From: the human T2T-CHM13v2.0 reference genome, Homo sapiens
DNA: 64,000 nt
Direction: 5' to 3' (one strand)
NCBI RefSeq assembly: GCF_009914755.1
Contig: NC_060936.1
Numbering within the stretch: position 1 is the first letter of the stretch; each line of letters starts with the position of its first letter. The position numbers were made by a program, and so were the translations under genes. The notes beneath the pieces were generated by a model. That model was not told the DNA's origin. It worked only from the letters and a program-made list of their open reading frames with translations, and ran no database searches. Below, piece after piece: positions 48,621 to 64,000 of this stretch.

Positions 48621-49619
48621 TTTGATTTCTTTTTCCTTCGCCAGGGTGAATGACGGTATCTATTGCTTCCTTTTAGTCCACTGTGAGGGGACAGTTTCAT
48701 GGGCATAGTGATGTCCTTCCAGGTAATGCCATGGGTAGCACCTCGGGCACCTTGTGTCGGGCGTCCTTTTTTGAGCATTTGTCCTTAAGCGATTAAGAAG
48801 AGAGGTAAAAACTTTTGGGAATAGACTTACACTCACATTAGCTTGTCAAAGTACCGTTTTTCTAGGAGCTAGGGGTGGACAGTGCAACACGTTTCCCATC
48901 ACAACATGAGTGTCTTCCCATGTAAGTAAACAGTGCCCCGCTCCACAGTCAGTCAGTCTGTGCTTGTTTACCTCCGAGTTTGTAGCTGAGCTAGTGCTAG
49001 TTAAGGCTTGGAAGCAATTCTTGATGCATTCTGATTTTTAGTGATCCACAGTGATGTCTGTATGCGGCAGCGGCACAGTTTGCTGAAGAACTCGGGTAGT
49101 TTTCATGAGGTTAAAAGATGACAGTCGTGTTGTAGGATGAACAAACATGGAAGTCTCTACCTGGTTACTTTGCAATGGAGTGATTCTGTTTTTTTCTGGA
49201 TTTGGGTTTGTACCATGCCACTAGTTTTTGTTAAAAAGTGAATAATGACAACCATCCTTTTATGTTGCATGTTAACACTCAACCACCCTCTCATTCGTCA
49301 CTTTGGTTTATCAAAAACACATGGGACAGTTCCTTCGGAATATATACCTGTGCCAGTCTCAGTAGAAAAGGCTACTCTGGGTTTCTGATAAACAGAACTA
49401 TACAGTAAGACTAAACACTTGTCTGACCAAAGTGGTAACATTTTCAGAACTGGCATTGTAGACATCTCTTTTGGTTCACTTAGGCCCTAACATACGTCAG
49501 GAAATAGACAAAGTAGTTTTCAGATGTTGCCTTGAAAATGTTGCTAAGTGATTTCTATTCATCTGTTCCTGTGAAAGTATTCGTGAAAGTATTTCAAACA
49601 CTTAAGTGTTTATCCAGTT

Positions 49620-49911
49620 TATTTTTTTGAGACGGGGTTTCTCCCTGTCCCCCAGGCAGGAGTGCACTGACACGATGACAGCTCACTGCAGCCTCTACCT
49701 CCAGGGCTCAAGTGATCCTCTCCCCTCAGCCTCCTGAGTAGCTGTGACCACAGGCTCGCGCCACCATACCCGGCTGATTTTTTTATTATTTGTAGAAGAA
49801 GAGGTCTCCCTATGTTGTCTAGGCTGGTCTTGAACTCTTGAACTCAAGTGGTCCTCTCACCTTAGCTACTTAAAGTGCTGGGATTACAGGCATGAGCCAC
49901 CATGCCAGGCC
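49620..49911 (-). mobile_element. Alu (AluJ-like)
   Basis: Antisense Alu consensus. Confidence 0.9.
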
Positions 49912-50647
49912 TATCTTACGTATTTTAGCATACTGTTCTTCATAAACCTTTGCTTTGTAATATAGTACTGTTGTTTGCTACTTTAAGAATAATTTTAACT
50001 GGCAACAAATCCAGATTATTTGGTGTAGTAGAATGGCCAGTATAGGCTTGAAATTTAGCTACCGATCTTCAGGTTGCCATTCGATAGATAGGATATTACT
50101 AGAAAGTCAACCTCCTCATCATTGATAGTGGGAATTGGCATACATAATATATACCGTTCCTTTTTACCCAAGAAGCACAAGGTCTGATTATTTTAATACT
50201 TTGGATGGACCTTAAGCTTGTACTACATGGCTGAGGTCTTTCTGCATTTTCTGTGGTTAGTGTGTGCAGCTGGTGCAGACCTGGGGTAGTTCTGCTGCCT
50301 CCTAGCAGTGTGTTCTTGGGCAAGCTATGAATACGTCTCTGAGTTCTAGTTTCATCATTTATAATGGATAAAAATAATAGTTAATAAGCTATAGCGAGGA
50401 TTAACTGAGATAATATGTTTTTGTTGTTAAAATAAGCAGTGTTTTCAGTCTCCTTTGGGAAGAAACCCATTCTCTGTCTTGGTAAGTAATGAAATAATAG
50501 TACTTTTAACCTCTTTTTGGAGAGAACATAGACTTTGGGTCAGACAGACTTGGATTCTAATTCTGGAAATTCGGTAACTAGCTAAGTGACCTGAGACAAG
50601 TGCTTAATTTCTTTAAGCTTCAGTTGTAATCAGAAAATGGAGATCCT

Positions 50648-50928
50648 GGCTGGGCTCGGAGGCTCACACCTGTAGTCCCAGCACTTTGGGAAGCCGAGGT
50701 GAGAGAATCACTTGAGCCCAGGAGTTCGAGACCATCCTGGGCAACATGGCAAAACTCTGTGTCTACAGAAAATACAAAAATTAGCTGAGCATGGTGGTAC
50801 ACGCCTGTAGTCCCAGCTAATCGGATGCTGAGGTGGGAGGATTGCTTGAGCCTGGAAGGTTGAGGCTGCAGTGAGCCATGATTGAGCAGCTGTACTCCAT
50901 CCTGGGTGACAGAGCAAGATTATGTCTC

Positions 50929-50958
<30 letters not shown>
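50648..50958 (+). mobile_element. Alu (AluJ-like) inserted in a MIR (~50520-51050)
   Basis: TSD agaaaatggagat. Confidence 0.9.
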
Positions 50959-50959
<1 letters not shown>

Positions 50960-51547
50960 TGGAGATGCTGCCTAGTTTACTTGGCTGTAAGGGATTAAGT
51001 GAGGCTATATGTTGAGGGTCAAGAACTGGCACATTGTAGGTGCTCAGTTAATGTTACTTCTTTTTTCTCTACCAGAAGAAAGGGAAGTGTTACACATTTA
51101 TTTTGGTTTTGGTGACTGATTTAAAACTTATGTGGGTTTTAATTTAGTGGAATAGGATCTTGCAGGAACAAATTTCATTTCACTTTTTATCTTCCAATTT
51201 AATACTCTCACACAAAAACAGTTTTTCACTTTAGTATTTGTTAAGCAGATGAATTATTTGTGGGTAAAGAAATGAGCATTGCTTAAATCTCTTATTAGTA
51301 TGCAAACTGCCCACTGTTAAAACCTTTCTTAGAGGATTATACAATTAGATAAACGCCTTTTTAGAGGTATTTTAGGTAAGATAATCTTACTTTTTAATGA
51401 ATTAAATCATCCACTCATTTAGTTGGTCATTTAAACATTTGTTTGTCATGTTTGGGTAAGGAATTGTGCTGGAGTCTGTGTGAGACTTCAGGATATTTTT
51501 GGTGTTCAGTGAGAGGCAGTGTAGAATACTGGTTAAGAGCCAAAGTT

Positions 51548-51833
51548 GGCTGGGCGTGGTGGCTCACGCCTGTAATCCCAGGGTTTAGGGAGGCCGAGGC
51601 GGGCGGATCACCTGAGGTTCGGAGTTCAAGACCAACCTGACCAACATGGAGAAACCTTGTCTCTATTAAAAATACAAAATTAGCCATGCGTGGTGGCACA
51701 TGCCTATAATCCCAGCTCCTCAGGAGGCTGAGGCAGGAGAATTGCTTGAACCCGGGAGGTGGAGGTTGCAGTGAGCCGAGATTGCACTCCAGCCTGGGCA
51801 ACAAGAGCAAAACTCTCTTAAAAAAAAAAAAAA
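51548..51833 (+). mobile_element. Alu (AluSp-like) inserted in a MIR
   Basis: TSD ccaaag(t/c)t. Confidence 0.9.
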
Positions 51834-52967
51834 TCCAAAGCTGTGGTGACAAACTGAAAATGTAGCTTCTGCAGCTTACTGTTATCATGGTCAAAGTACA
51901 TTTTTCTCATTTGTAAAGTTGGGTTAATAGTGACACCTTTTACAGTTATTGTGAATATTAACTAGGCTAATGTTTATAAAGCAGTTTTCATAGACCTAGG
52001 CACATAGGCTGCCAAGCAAATTGTACCTTCTGAAGGCCCTGGCATATAGTGAATACTGAAAGGGAAGCTGCTGTTACTTTGTTTTCTTTTGAAATAGGTG
52101 ATTATTTGTTTTATTGAAATGAAAGAAATTAAAGGCTCTTTGGATAAAGAAGAACTGATGATCAAGGGATTAGGGTACTAGTTCTAGCTCAGTGACCTTG
52201 AGCTAGTAGGTATTTAACTGGTCTCAGTTTTGTTGCTTTTAAGATAAAGTAGCTAGACTAGATGACCTCTAAGATTTCTTCAGACTCAAGTGTTCTGGTT
52301 TTAAATTGTGATTTTTCAATATAATCAACTTGAGCATCTGTCTACTAGGTACGTAGCATTGTGTTAGGTTATATGGGTTAAAATAACATAAAAAAGATAG
52401 CATATGTTTTCCAGAAGGTAAATAACTAGTTGGGAAGTTGTATGCACGTGAAACACTGGACGATTCAAATAAGTACTGAATTAAGTAATGTAGCTTGTAA
52501 GTGGTGTCAGATTCCTGTCATTTAGAGTGGTTAGAAGAAAGGCTTCCGTAGAGGGACAGAGACCATATGTTGGTCTACTGGTCCAGCAGACTAGCCATGA
52601 CCAGCTTCCATTTTACCTACTAGTACATCCTCAGTAAGTCATCTCAGCTCTTTGATAGAATGAGATCACAATATCCCCTTCTGCCACAGTATCACAGGGG
52701 CTATTTCAGAACCATCTGACTCAGAGCTTTGAACTGGATTGCCTAGATTATCTAGGGCTTTCATCTCTTTCTTTCTTCCTTTTTTCTCTATTTCAAAACT
52801 TCTGCTATTGCCTTTTTTTCTCATTTTCGTCTCTCTTTTTATGGTAACGTTTTTTATTTCACATTCATTTTATTATTTCTGATGATTTCTGTTTGAATAT
52901 TAAATCAAACTATTGCTATTATCTACTGTCCTCACAGATTTCATAAAATCTACTTTTTGAAGCTTTT

Positions 52968-53270
<303 letters not shown>

Positions 53271-53879
53271 TGAAGCTTTTCTTTAGTGAAAAGAATTTTG
53301 CCATTTTCTATTACTTTTTGCCCTATTATGTATATATTATATGTGTGTGTGTATATATATGTATTTGTACACATATAAGGTAATTCATTTGCTTTCAGAA
53401 AGCAGATACAAAATGACTTTGAAAGTTGTTTTTCTTCCCATAGGTTACCTGCAACTCTTTTCCTTCAAAGCACTTCTTTATGCAGTCACTAGGATTTGAT
53501 GCCTTTTAAAAAATTCAGCAAAAATGTTATAGGTCATATAATAATAATCTAGATTTTAAAATAATGTATATTTTAAAATACTATATATTAAGCTTAGTAA
53601 CTACTATGCTTAGTATAGTGACCACTGTTAAGCCCAGTAACCACTGAGCATTACTATTAAGCTTAGTAATCACTGAGTCAATAGATATAAAATTAAAATG
53701 TGATTAATTGGTGAGACTTCATGGATTGTGCTCAAAGCCAGAGTTGAAAATTACTGACCAAAAAATTGTTCTGGTTTTGAGAAATGTCATTTTCCTGATT
53801 CGGCTTGTTTTATTTTGTTCATTATTTTTATTTAATTTGGGAGGATCTCAAAAGTATTTATTAAGAGTGGACTGTGGAG

Positions 53880-54120
53880 TTGGTGGATATAAGAGTATAT
53901 AGGTTAAAAGTGAGCAATGGTGTTAGGATTCAAATCTCAATTCTGCTCACTAGCTTGCAATCCTGGGCACGTTATTGAACTCTGCATCCCAATTTTCCAA
54001 ACTAAAATGGGGGTATAATAACACCTACTTTATGAGGCTGTTGTGAGGATTAAGTGAGATAATACATGTGAAGTTCTGTGTCTGGCACTTAGTAAACAAC
54101 AATAAGTGTTGGCTATTAAT
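53880..54120 (+). mobile_element. MIR SINE
   Basis: taaaatgggggtataataacacctac...gttgtgaggattaagtgagataatacatgtgaag. Confidence 0.75.
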
Positions 54121-54495
54121 ATTGTGGTAAAAAGTAGTACCTCAAATTGATAAACAATTGTAGTATGCATATATTAGAGTGGCTAAAATAATTAGTATTG
54201 GTTGTCTCTGGGGATTGAAGAGAAGATGGGCAGAGGACTTCTTATTATAAGCCCTTTTGCCCTATTTGATGTTTTTAAAGACGTGTGCTTTGCTACAAGG
54301 GAGTGTTTATTGAGAATCCAAGTATGGTCTTGACCCTTTGCTAGGCTCCGAAGTAATAACATTTACAAAATAACACATTGTAAAATGATGTAAGATTAAC
54401 TGTAGACCTTCAGATACCTCAGGATAGATGAGGGAGAGTGTGTCTGTGTGTATTTTTTAAAATTAGAAATGATTCGTGGTCCTCCTTTCCTCCTA

Positions 54496-54857
<362 letters not shown>

Positions 54858-56189
54858 TGCAGTTTGCTTTTAACAGAACCCACAACAATTACATAATCCG
54901 AAAAGATGTTTCACTATTAAGGTTATGTAAAATTCTCTTTCAGCGCATTATCTGATTATAGTATTATTTTATGAATAGATTTTATTACAGATGGATAATT
55001 TAAGAGTAAAATCAAATATTTTAATTTTGGAATTTGAAAAATAATGATTCAAGACAATATTATATTTATAAAATACATAAAATTTGACCCAGTGGAATAA
55101 TTATTTAGACCTAGGATAAAATATCTTCTTTTAAAATTTTCTTAAAGTGGAGCCACAGGCAGCTAATTTGAAAGTACAGTGAAACTTCAGCCTTCTGTGA
55201 ATGAGATACTGTGAACTTAGTATCCTGAGTTACAGAGAATTAAACAATACTTTTTTGTTTTTGTTTCAATTCCTGTTGCAAATTTGCCAAATTATTTTCT
55301 AGGGTTAATACATACTAAACATAATAGAATCTTTCTTTGATAAATTAGAACATTATAGTGTCCTAGGATCATCTTTCTGATTATCGGTGATACTGTTAGG
55401 GATATGAAGATTATAACATTAACAGTACCTGAGACATTTTTTGTGTATATATGTCAGATGGCTTGCATTTTTATCAGTTGTTGTATTCTAGAAAAAAATG
55501 AAGTGAAAAATTACTTCTGATTGAGATGTTAGTATACCCTACCCTTGTTTAGTTTTTAAGAATAATTTTTCAATTATGAATACTCATTAATTTTTGAAGG
55601 ATTTAATGAGGTATGAACAAAACTGGTGGTTACCAAAACTATCCCTATTCTCATGAAAAAAAAAAAAGTTCTTTGAGTTGAAGACAGAAGTTTCTTGTTG
55701 TGTAAGGATCCTCTTGTTGCAGATGTCAACAATCTTGTCTGAAACATAGTTGGGCAAAAAGGGGAATTTACTGTCTCAGATAACCTAAACTCAGGATGCA
55801 AGGATGCAGTTGAAATCAAACACAACTGGAACCTGAGCTGAGAATGCCACCAAAACTCTCTTATCTCTCCTCCTCTCTCCCTTTCAGCTTCATTTTCTCC
55901 AAATGCAGACCAGCTTCTTTCTTCCACGTAGCCGGGACATAGATGCCAGCAAATTATAAGTATGAGCTAGGCACTATCCTAAACAATTTTGCATGTATAT
56001 TCATTCATTTAATCCTCACAGCTTTTTATACCTATTTTACAAATGAGGAAACAGAGGTATAGAGAGGTTAAGTAGTAATCCAGGTTGCCTGTTTTTATAG
56101 CACAATACAGTATGATAGAGATGATAGAGTTGGATTTGCTAGGCACTAGCTAGCTGTGGTTACAAATGGTCTCATTTGTGTTTTGTTTT

Positions 56190-57420
<1,231 letters not shown>

Positions 57421-57873
57421 CATTTACTTTTCACAGTAGTTCTGCAAAGTGTATATGTTGAGCTGTTTACAGATTAGGAAACAGATTCAAGAGAGGTGAA
57501 GTAGTTTACTCAGGTTCACATCATTAGAAAGTTGGCATAGTTTATATTAGAACCTAAACTCTGACTCCCAAGCCCATAATCCTTATATGTACTTTGCTGT
57601 ATACATGAATAGGTCAAAATACAATTTATTTTTTACTTATTTTTTACAATATAGTAGAAAAACTTTATTAGAGTTAACTATCAGTTCTTCCTTGTTACTA
57701 AAGGAACTAGGGGAGGATTCATTTTTAGCAGTTGCTCTAAGGCCACTTCTTTTAGTAACCTTTTTACTTGAAATAATAAAACTACATTTCCATAAAAGTC
57801 CTTCTCTTTGAAATTTTCTTTTATTCAGTCTATTCTTTTGCTTAGTATACATTAATAAGGTAAAATATACTTC

Positions 57874-58403
<530 letters not shown>

Positions 58404-58689
58404 TTATAGGTGTCTCAAGTTTAAACATTTTTGAAGAGTCCTACTATCATTTGTATTATCTGTAAATCTCTTCTAAAGATTTGTTACTGGACCACATTCT
58501 TCTACTTAGTAGAGCTTTTTTGGAATACATTTCAGGGTAGTGTACCTCAAATGCTTCATCCAGCAGTTAGTAACCATATGATCTTGGGCAAATTACTTAA
58601 TCTTCTGGGTACCTCAGTTTTATTATCTGGAAAGTGGGGTTAATAACACCTACTTCTTAGGGTCCTTATGAGATTAAATGAGTTAATAT

Positions 58690-59612
58690 ACCTTTTGTAG
58701 ATTTTAACCTGTATGTATTTTAATATCTCTGAAATTGGGATTTGTGACTTATAGTTAATGGTGTCTGTTGCATTAGCGAAATTGCAATAGTGACTGTCAG
58801 TGCCTGTGCATGTGGCATCTTTGTGATTATTCCTTTTCTGTTTCTTTTTTGAGACAGGATCTTACTGTAGCTGGGACTGCAAGTGCACACCACCATGCCT
58901 GATTAATTTTTTTTATATTTTTAGTAGAGGTGGGTTTCGCCATGTTGGCCAGGCTGGTCTTGAACTCCTGGGTTTAAGCGATTCACCTGCCTTGGCCTCT
59001 CAAAGTGCTGGGACCACCATGCCCGGCCTCTTTGTGGTTATTCCTGATAGCACAATTGTACACCTGCTGCCCCCATTTCATTAGCAATCCATTTAAAGAG
59101 CATTTTAGAAAGGAGTTTGATTACTGATTGTTTTCTGAAAACTGTTGATAACTTCCAGTAAGATCAAGAAAATCATCAAAACTTGTGGAATGTGTGTCAG
59201 TGGCTTGGAGAAGGAAATCCTAGAGATAATAGTGACATTCTTTTAAGAAATGCTATATTTCAGTGTTCTTGGTGGCTCATAAACAATATTGTGATGAAGA
59301 ACATGGTATTGAAACTCTAAGTTGAACAGTGATTCCAAAGAGGCTAACCTTGAGCATGAACAAGTTTTAGCAATACAGTAACTGATTTGTTTATCTCCAT
59401 TTGATATAGCCTAAAGAGTGATATTTTAAAAATCTAAGTAAGTCTGTAAAAGATTTTTCAATTAGTGTAAATAATCCTTCAATTAGTAGAAGTAAAAATT
59501 TGAAGTGATAAAAAAGCATTCAGTTCAGTTGGCAGTATTTTCTTTCTTAGTGGTACATACAATAATGGTGCATATTATAATCAATAGCATCTTTTGATTT
59601 TATGAAATTCTG
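58690..59612. mobile_element. Tc2-type DNA transposon remnant (MER104/Kanga1-like) inserted in a MIR, containing a deleted antisense Alu (58833-59028)
   Basis: atctctgaaattggga at the left end; tttctttcttagtggtacatacaataatggtgc...tatgaaatt at the right end. Confidence 0.55.
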
Positions 59613-60521
59613 TCTCTAAGTAAAATTTAGAACAATACCTGGCAAATAGTTAGCTGTTGTTTTATAATCTTTACTTACTTTCTTTCTGCAGTTCCAAGAT
59701 TTTAAGAGAGCATGTACACTATTGTTAATCTTGTTTTTAACCCTAGAATTTTACCTCCCTATGTTCTTTCACTGAAATTATAAATATTCATTAATCTTTA
59801 TTTATATTTCTGTAAATATAATCATGAATAAATTCTAGACAGTGTTTTCTTTGGAAATTTTGCTTTCTCTTTGACCACTCATAATGTAAATAGCCAGAAT
59901 CTTCCACCTGTTTGTGAGAGGTTAATTAGCTTGATTTCAGAAATTCCCATTAAACTTTTTTTCCTTATTTGTGTCCTTTTTCCATTGAATAATTGATGTA
60001 ATCAAGTCCCAAAAAAGGGTACAGGTGGAAAAAAAAAATTCTTGACAAACTAGAATCTAGTCTTCTAGCATAGCAGACCATATATAAACTTAAACTTTCT
60101 GAACATTATTATCCTAACATCCGATTTATTCTATACTGTTGAATAATGTATAAATTTTAAAGGTATCAGAAATTTAAGTTTCAGCATGGGTTTTTTTTAG
60201 CCTTAATGGTGACACATGATTATTGTAAAAAATTTAAGTAGTACAGAAGGATATATAGTTCATGGTGAAGTCCCACAGTTCCCTGTCCCCAGCAAGCACA
60301 AACTTCTCTCACTCCTCACAGGTAAATACTACTTTAAAGTACACTCAGAATTTTCTATGCTTGTACATTTAAATATATATTTTACATACATGTTCATGTA
60401 TATTTATTTCCTTGTTTTTATTACATAAATGTTATGTTATAAAATCTGTATTTTTCTGAATACAATTTGGACATAGCTGTATTTTAGCACGTAACGATCT
60501 TCCCTATTCTTTGTAGTGTCT

Positions 60522-60735
60522 GGACCTGCATTGTTCAATGGTGACCACCACTGATGTGTGGCAGTTTAAATTTAATTAAAATGAATAAAATTTAAAATTC
60601 AGTTTTTCAGTTATACAAGTTACATTTCAAGTGTTTATTAGCTATGTGTGGCTAGTGGCTGTTGTTTTAGGTAGCACAGAATTATAGAACAGGTCAATAA
60701 TCTATATACAGAAAGTTCAATTGGACAGCTTTGTT
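60522..60735. mobile_element. MER3-type hAT DNA transposon
   Basis: aaaatttaaaattcagtt...catttcaagtg...tgtggctagtggct...gaaagttcaattggacagc. Confidence 0.7.
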
Positions 60736-60769
60736 CTGGACAGTTTTTTAAAAAAACTTGTATGAAAAT

Positions 60770-63700
60770 TTTTTTTACTGTGTAACTTTTTATTGAGGCA
60801 TATTTTATGATAAATTGTGCACATTTTAAATGCTCAAGTTGATAACTTTTCTTGAACTTTTTAAAATAGTTGTAGATTCACATGCAGTTGTAAGAAATAA
60901 CACGGAGAGATCTCATGTATCCTTTACCTTGATTCTCCCAGTGGTAACACCTTGCAAAATTATAGGACACTGTAGGATAGGATAGGATAGTATATAATAG
61001 CACAACCAGGAAATTAACATTGGTACAGTCAAGATACAGCACACTTCTTCCCCATAAGGATTCTTCATATTGCCCTTTTATACCCATGTGGTCTTCCTTC
61101 CAGCTCCCAACCTGTCCTTAACCCCTGGCAATCACTAACCTGTTCTCCATTTCTATTATTTTGTAATTTTAAGAATGTTACATAAGTGGGATCATGTAGT
61201 ATGTAACCTTATGGGATTGGCTTTTCTCATTCAGCATAATTCTCTGGAGAGTCATCAGGTTGTTGTGTGTATCAGTACCTTGTTCCTTTTTGTTACTGAA
61301 TAGTATCCCACAGTATGGATGTACCGTGATGTGTTAACCATTCACCCATTGAAGATTATCTGGGTTGTTTCCAGGTTTTGGTTATTAGAAATTAAACTGC
61401 TTTAAACATTTGTGTACAAGTCTTCATGTAAACATAAATTTTGATTCTTCTGGGAGTGCAATCACTGGGTCATATGGTAGTTGCATGTTAATGTTTGTAA
61501 GAAACTGACAAGCTGTTTTCCTGAGTAACTGTACATTTTACATTCCAATCAGCAGTATATGAGTGAGGATGAGGGAGAGCTGCATCCTCACCAGCATTTG
61601 GTATTGTCACTTTGTTGTGATTTTTATTGTTATATTTACTTTCTAATTGGTCTTGGGATCTCTATCTTGAGAGGGCCATAAGGCAAGTAGCGTCACTCTA
61701 GGAGAGCCCTAGCAGGGATTGGGGAACTGAGTTAGGTTTGTGCGTGTGTGTCAGGTGAGACACATGAGGAAGTGAAACCAGAATGAAACGAGATTTACTG
61801 GTAGAGCCCAGAGAGGTTAAGGTTAAGGAAGGATGCGGGGAGCTGAGGGAGGGGAGAGAGAAAAAGAGTGAGAGGGAAAAGGGGATATCAGTGGGACTAT
61901 GCCTTTTTTAAGGTACATGGGCATTATCCTGTAGGCTTTCCTGTGGTGGTTGTGGATTGGCTAGTTTAAAGCAAACACTCCTGAAGGGAGATCTTATTTA
62001 CATGACTCTGGTGTTGACCATTAGGTTTTTATCGTGGTCAGCAGCTGTGGGGAATATTGAGTTTTTGGTCAGTGAGATGAAGAAGTCTATATTGCAGACA
62101 GTCACACAGGCAAGGGAAGTTTTTTTTTGTTTGTTTTTTTGAGATGGAGTCTCGCTCCCACCCAGGGTCGAGTAGAAGGGCACGATTTCAGCTCACTGCA
62201 ACCTCTGCCTCCTGGATGGGTTCAAGCGATTCTTCTACTCTCCTGCCTTAGCTTCCCAAGTAGCTGGGACTACAGGCATGCACCACCACACCCAGCGAAT
62301 TTTTTTAGTTTTTAGTAGAGACGGGGTTTCACTATATGTTGGCCAGGCTGGTCTCAAACTCATGACCTCAGGTGATCTGCCTGCCTCGGCCTCCCAGAGT
62401 GCTGGGATTACAGGCATGAGCCACTGTGCCCTGCTGGGAAGTTTTAACTAGGCCAAGATGGAGGGCTATAGCTGGGTTTCAGATAACTTACGTTAGATCT
62501 AAAAATGGATGCTGAGTCAGCAACCATAATAAAGAAATTTTTGACACTTTTTAATTTTAGCCCAGTCTTATAGGTAAGTGATAAGTCATTGTCATGTTAA
62601 TTTGCACTTCCCTAATGGCAGATGATGTTAAATATCTTTTCATGTGCATATTTGCCATTTGTATGTCTTGTTTGGTGAAGTGTCTCTTCACGTCTGTATG
62701 ACTTTGTCAGGGCTCCCATAACAGAATGCTACAAACTGGGTGACTTAAACAATGGAAATTTTTTTTCTCCAGTTTTGGAGGCTAGAAGTCCAAGATCAAG
62801 TTTCTTCTGAGGTCTCTCTGCTTAGCTTGCAGATGGCTGCATTCTCATATTCTCACATGATCTCTTTATGTATCCAAATTTTCTCCTTTTTAAAAGGACA
62901 GTAATCACATTAGATTAGGGCCCACCCAATGGCCTCATGTTAATTTGATCACCTCTTTAAAGACCCTAGCTCCAAATACAGTCTGTTCTGAGGTACAGGG
63001 GTTAGAGCTTCAACATATGAGTTTCGGGGGTATACATTTCAGCTGCTAATTGTGTCTTTTGCCTATTTCCTAGTTGATTATTTATTTTACTGTCAAGTTT
63101 TGAGAGCTGTTTATATATCTTAGGCACTAGTCACTTTGTTGTGATTTGCAGTTATTTTCTCCCAGTCTGTAGCTTGTCTTTTCCACCTTTGTATTAGTCT
63201 GTTCTCACGCTGCTAATAAAAACATACCCAAGACGGGGTACTTTATAAAGGAAGGAGGTTGAATTGACTCAGTTACACATGGCTGGGGAGGCCTCACAAT
63301 CATGGCAGAAGGCAAGGAGGAGCAAAGTCACGTCTTACATGGTGATAGGCAAGACAGTGTGTGCAGGGGAACTCCCATTTATAAAACCATCAGATCTTGT
63401 GAGATTACTATCTCACTAGAATAGCATGGGAAAGACCCATCCCCATGATTCAATTACCTCCTACCAATTCCCTCCCATGACACGTGGGAATTATGGGAAC
63501 TACAATTCGAGATGAGATTTGGGTGGGGACACAGCCAAACCACATCAGCCTCATAACAGTCTTTCCCAGAGCAAAAGTTTTAATTTTGATGAAGTCTATT
63601 CGACCAATTTTTCCTTTTATGAATTGTGCTTTTCATGTCAAGTCTGAGTTTTCTTTGCCTAGCCTGAGATCCCAAAGATTGTCTTCTGTGTTTTTAAGTT

Positions 63701-64000
63701 TATAATTTTACCTTTAACATTCAAGTTCATGATTAATTTTGAGTTAATTTTTGTATAAAGTGTGAAAGTTAAGGTTGAGCTTCTTTTTTCTTTTTTTTTT
63801 GCCTATAGATATCCAACTGCTGTGGTACATCTCTTCCATTGAATTGCTTTTACATTGTTGTAAAAAATCAGTTGAGCATATTTGTTGTTTTTATATCTGG
63901 GTCTTCTGTTTCATTGATTTATGTATTCCTCAGCCAATACTACACAGTCTTGATTACTATAGCTATATAGTAGGTCTTGGAGTTTAGTAGTTTGCTTCTT
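60770..64000 (-). mobile_element. Old L1 (L1MC-type) 3' region with nested LTRs and an Alu
   Basis: agattcacatgcagttgtaagaaataacac..., aaaagttttaattttgatgaagtc; nested old LTR ~61655-62545 with Alu 62120-62432, and MLT1A-like 62695-63050. Confidence 0.75.
63190..63547 (-). mobile_element. THE1B-like MaLR LTR
   Basis: tgtattagtctgttctcacgctgctaataa...ggggacacagccaaaccacatca. Confidence 0.88.

Noticed and set aside
48026-48778. 250-aa antisense ORF and other long ORFs over the CpG island
   Set aside because: Expected stop-codon scarcity in GC-rich DNA; low-complexity Arg/Pro/Gly; no recognisable domain

Overview
Primate (almost certainly human) repeat-rich genomic DNA. It covers ~47 kb of intergenic sequence upstream of ZDHHC17 (HIP14 palmitoyltransferase), its CpG-island promoter, coding exon 1 (48147-48239) and the first ~16 kb of intron 1. 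The upstream region holds two processed pseudogenes (RPL7, RWDD1), each inserted inside an old L1. It also contains a full-length but dead L1PB with a nested MER11 solo LTR, a degraded two-LTR ERVL (LTR16-type) provirus, several other LTRs, ~34 Alus and several microsatellites. I found no evidence of a new gene system. The most unusual signals are mechanistic fossils: a 100-bp inverted copy and a 19-bp copy of nearby DNA pasted into one Alu, a 5'-intact but 3'-truncated L1 bounded by an exact 14-bp direct repeat, an inverted AluY pair ~47 bp apart, and repeated re-use of identical Alu target sites. Repeat subfamily names come from recognition by eye and boundaries of old repeats are approximate.
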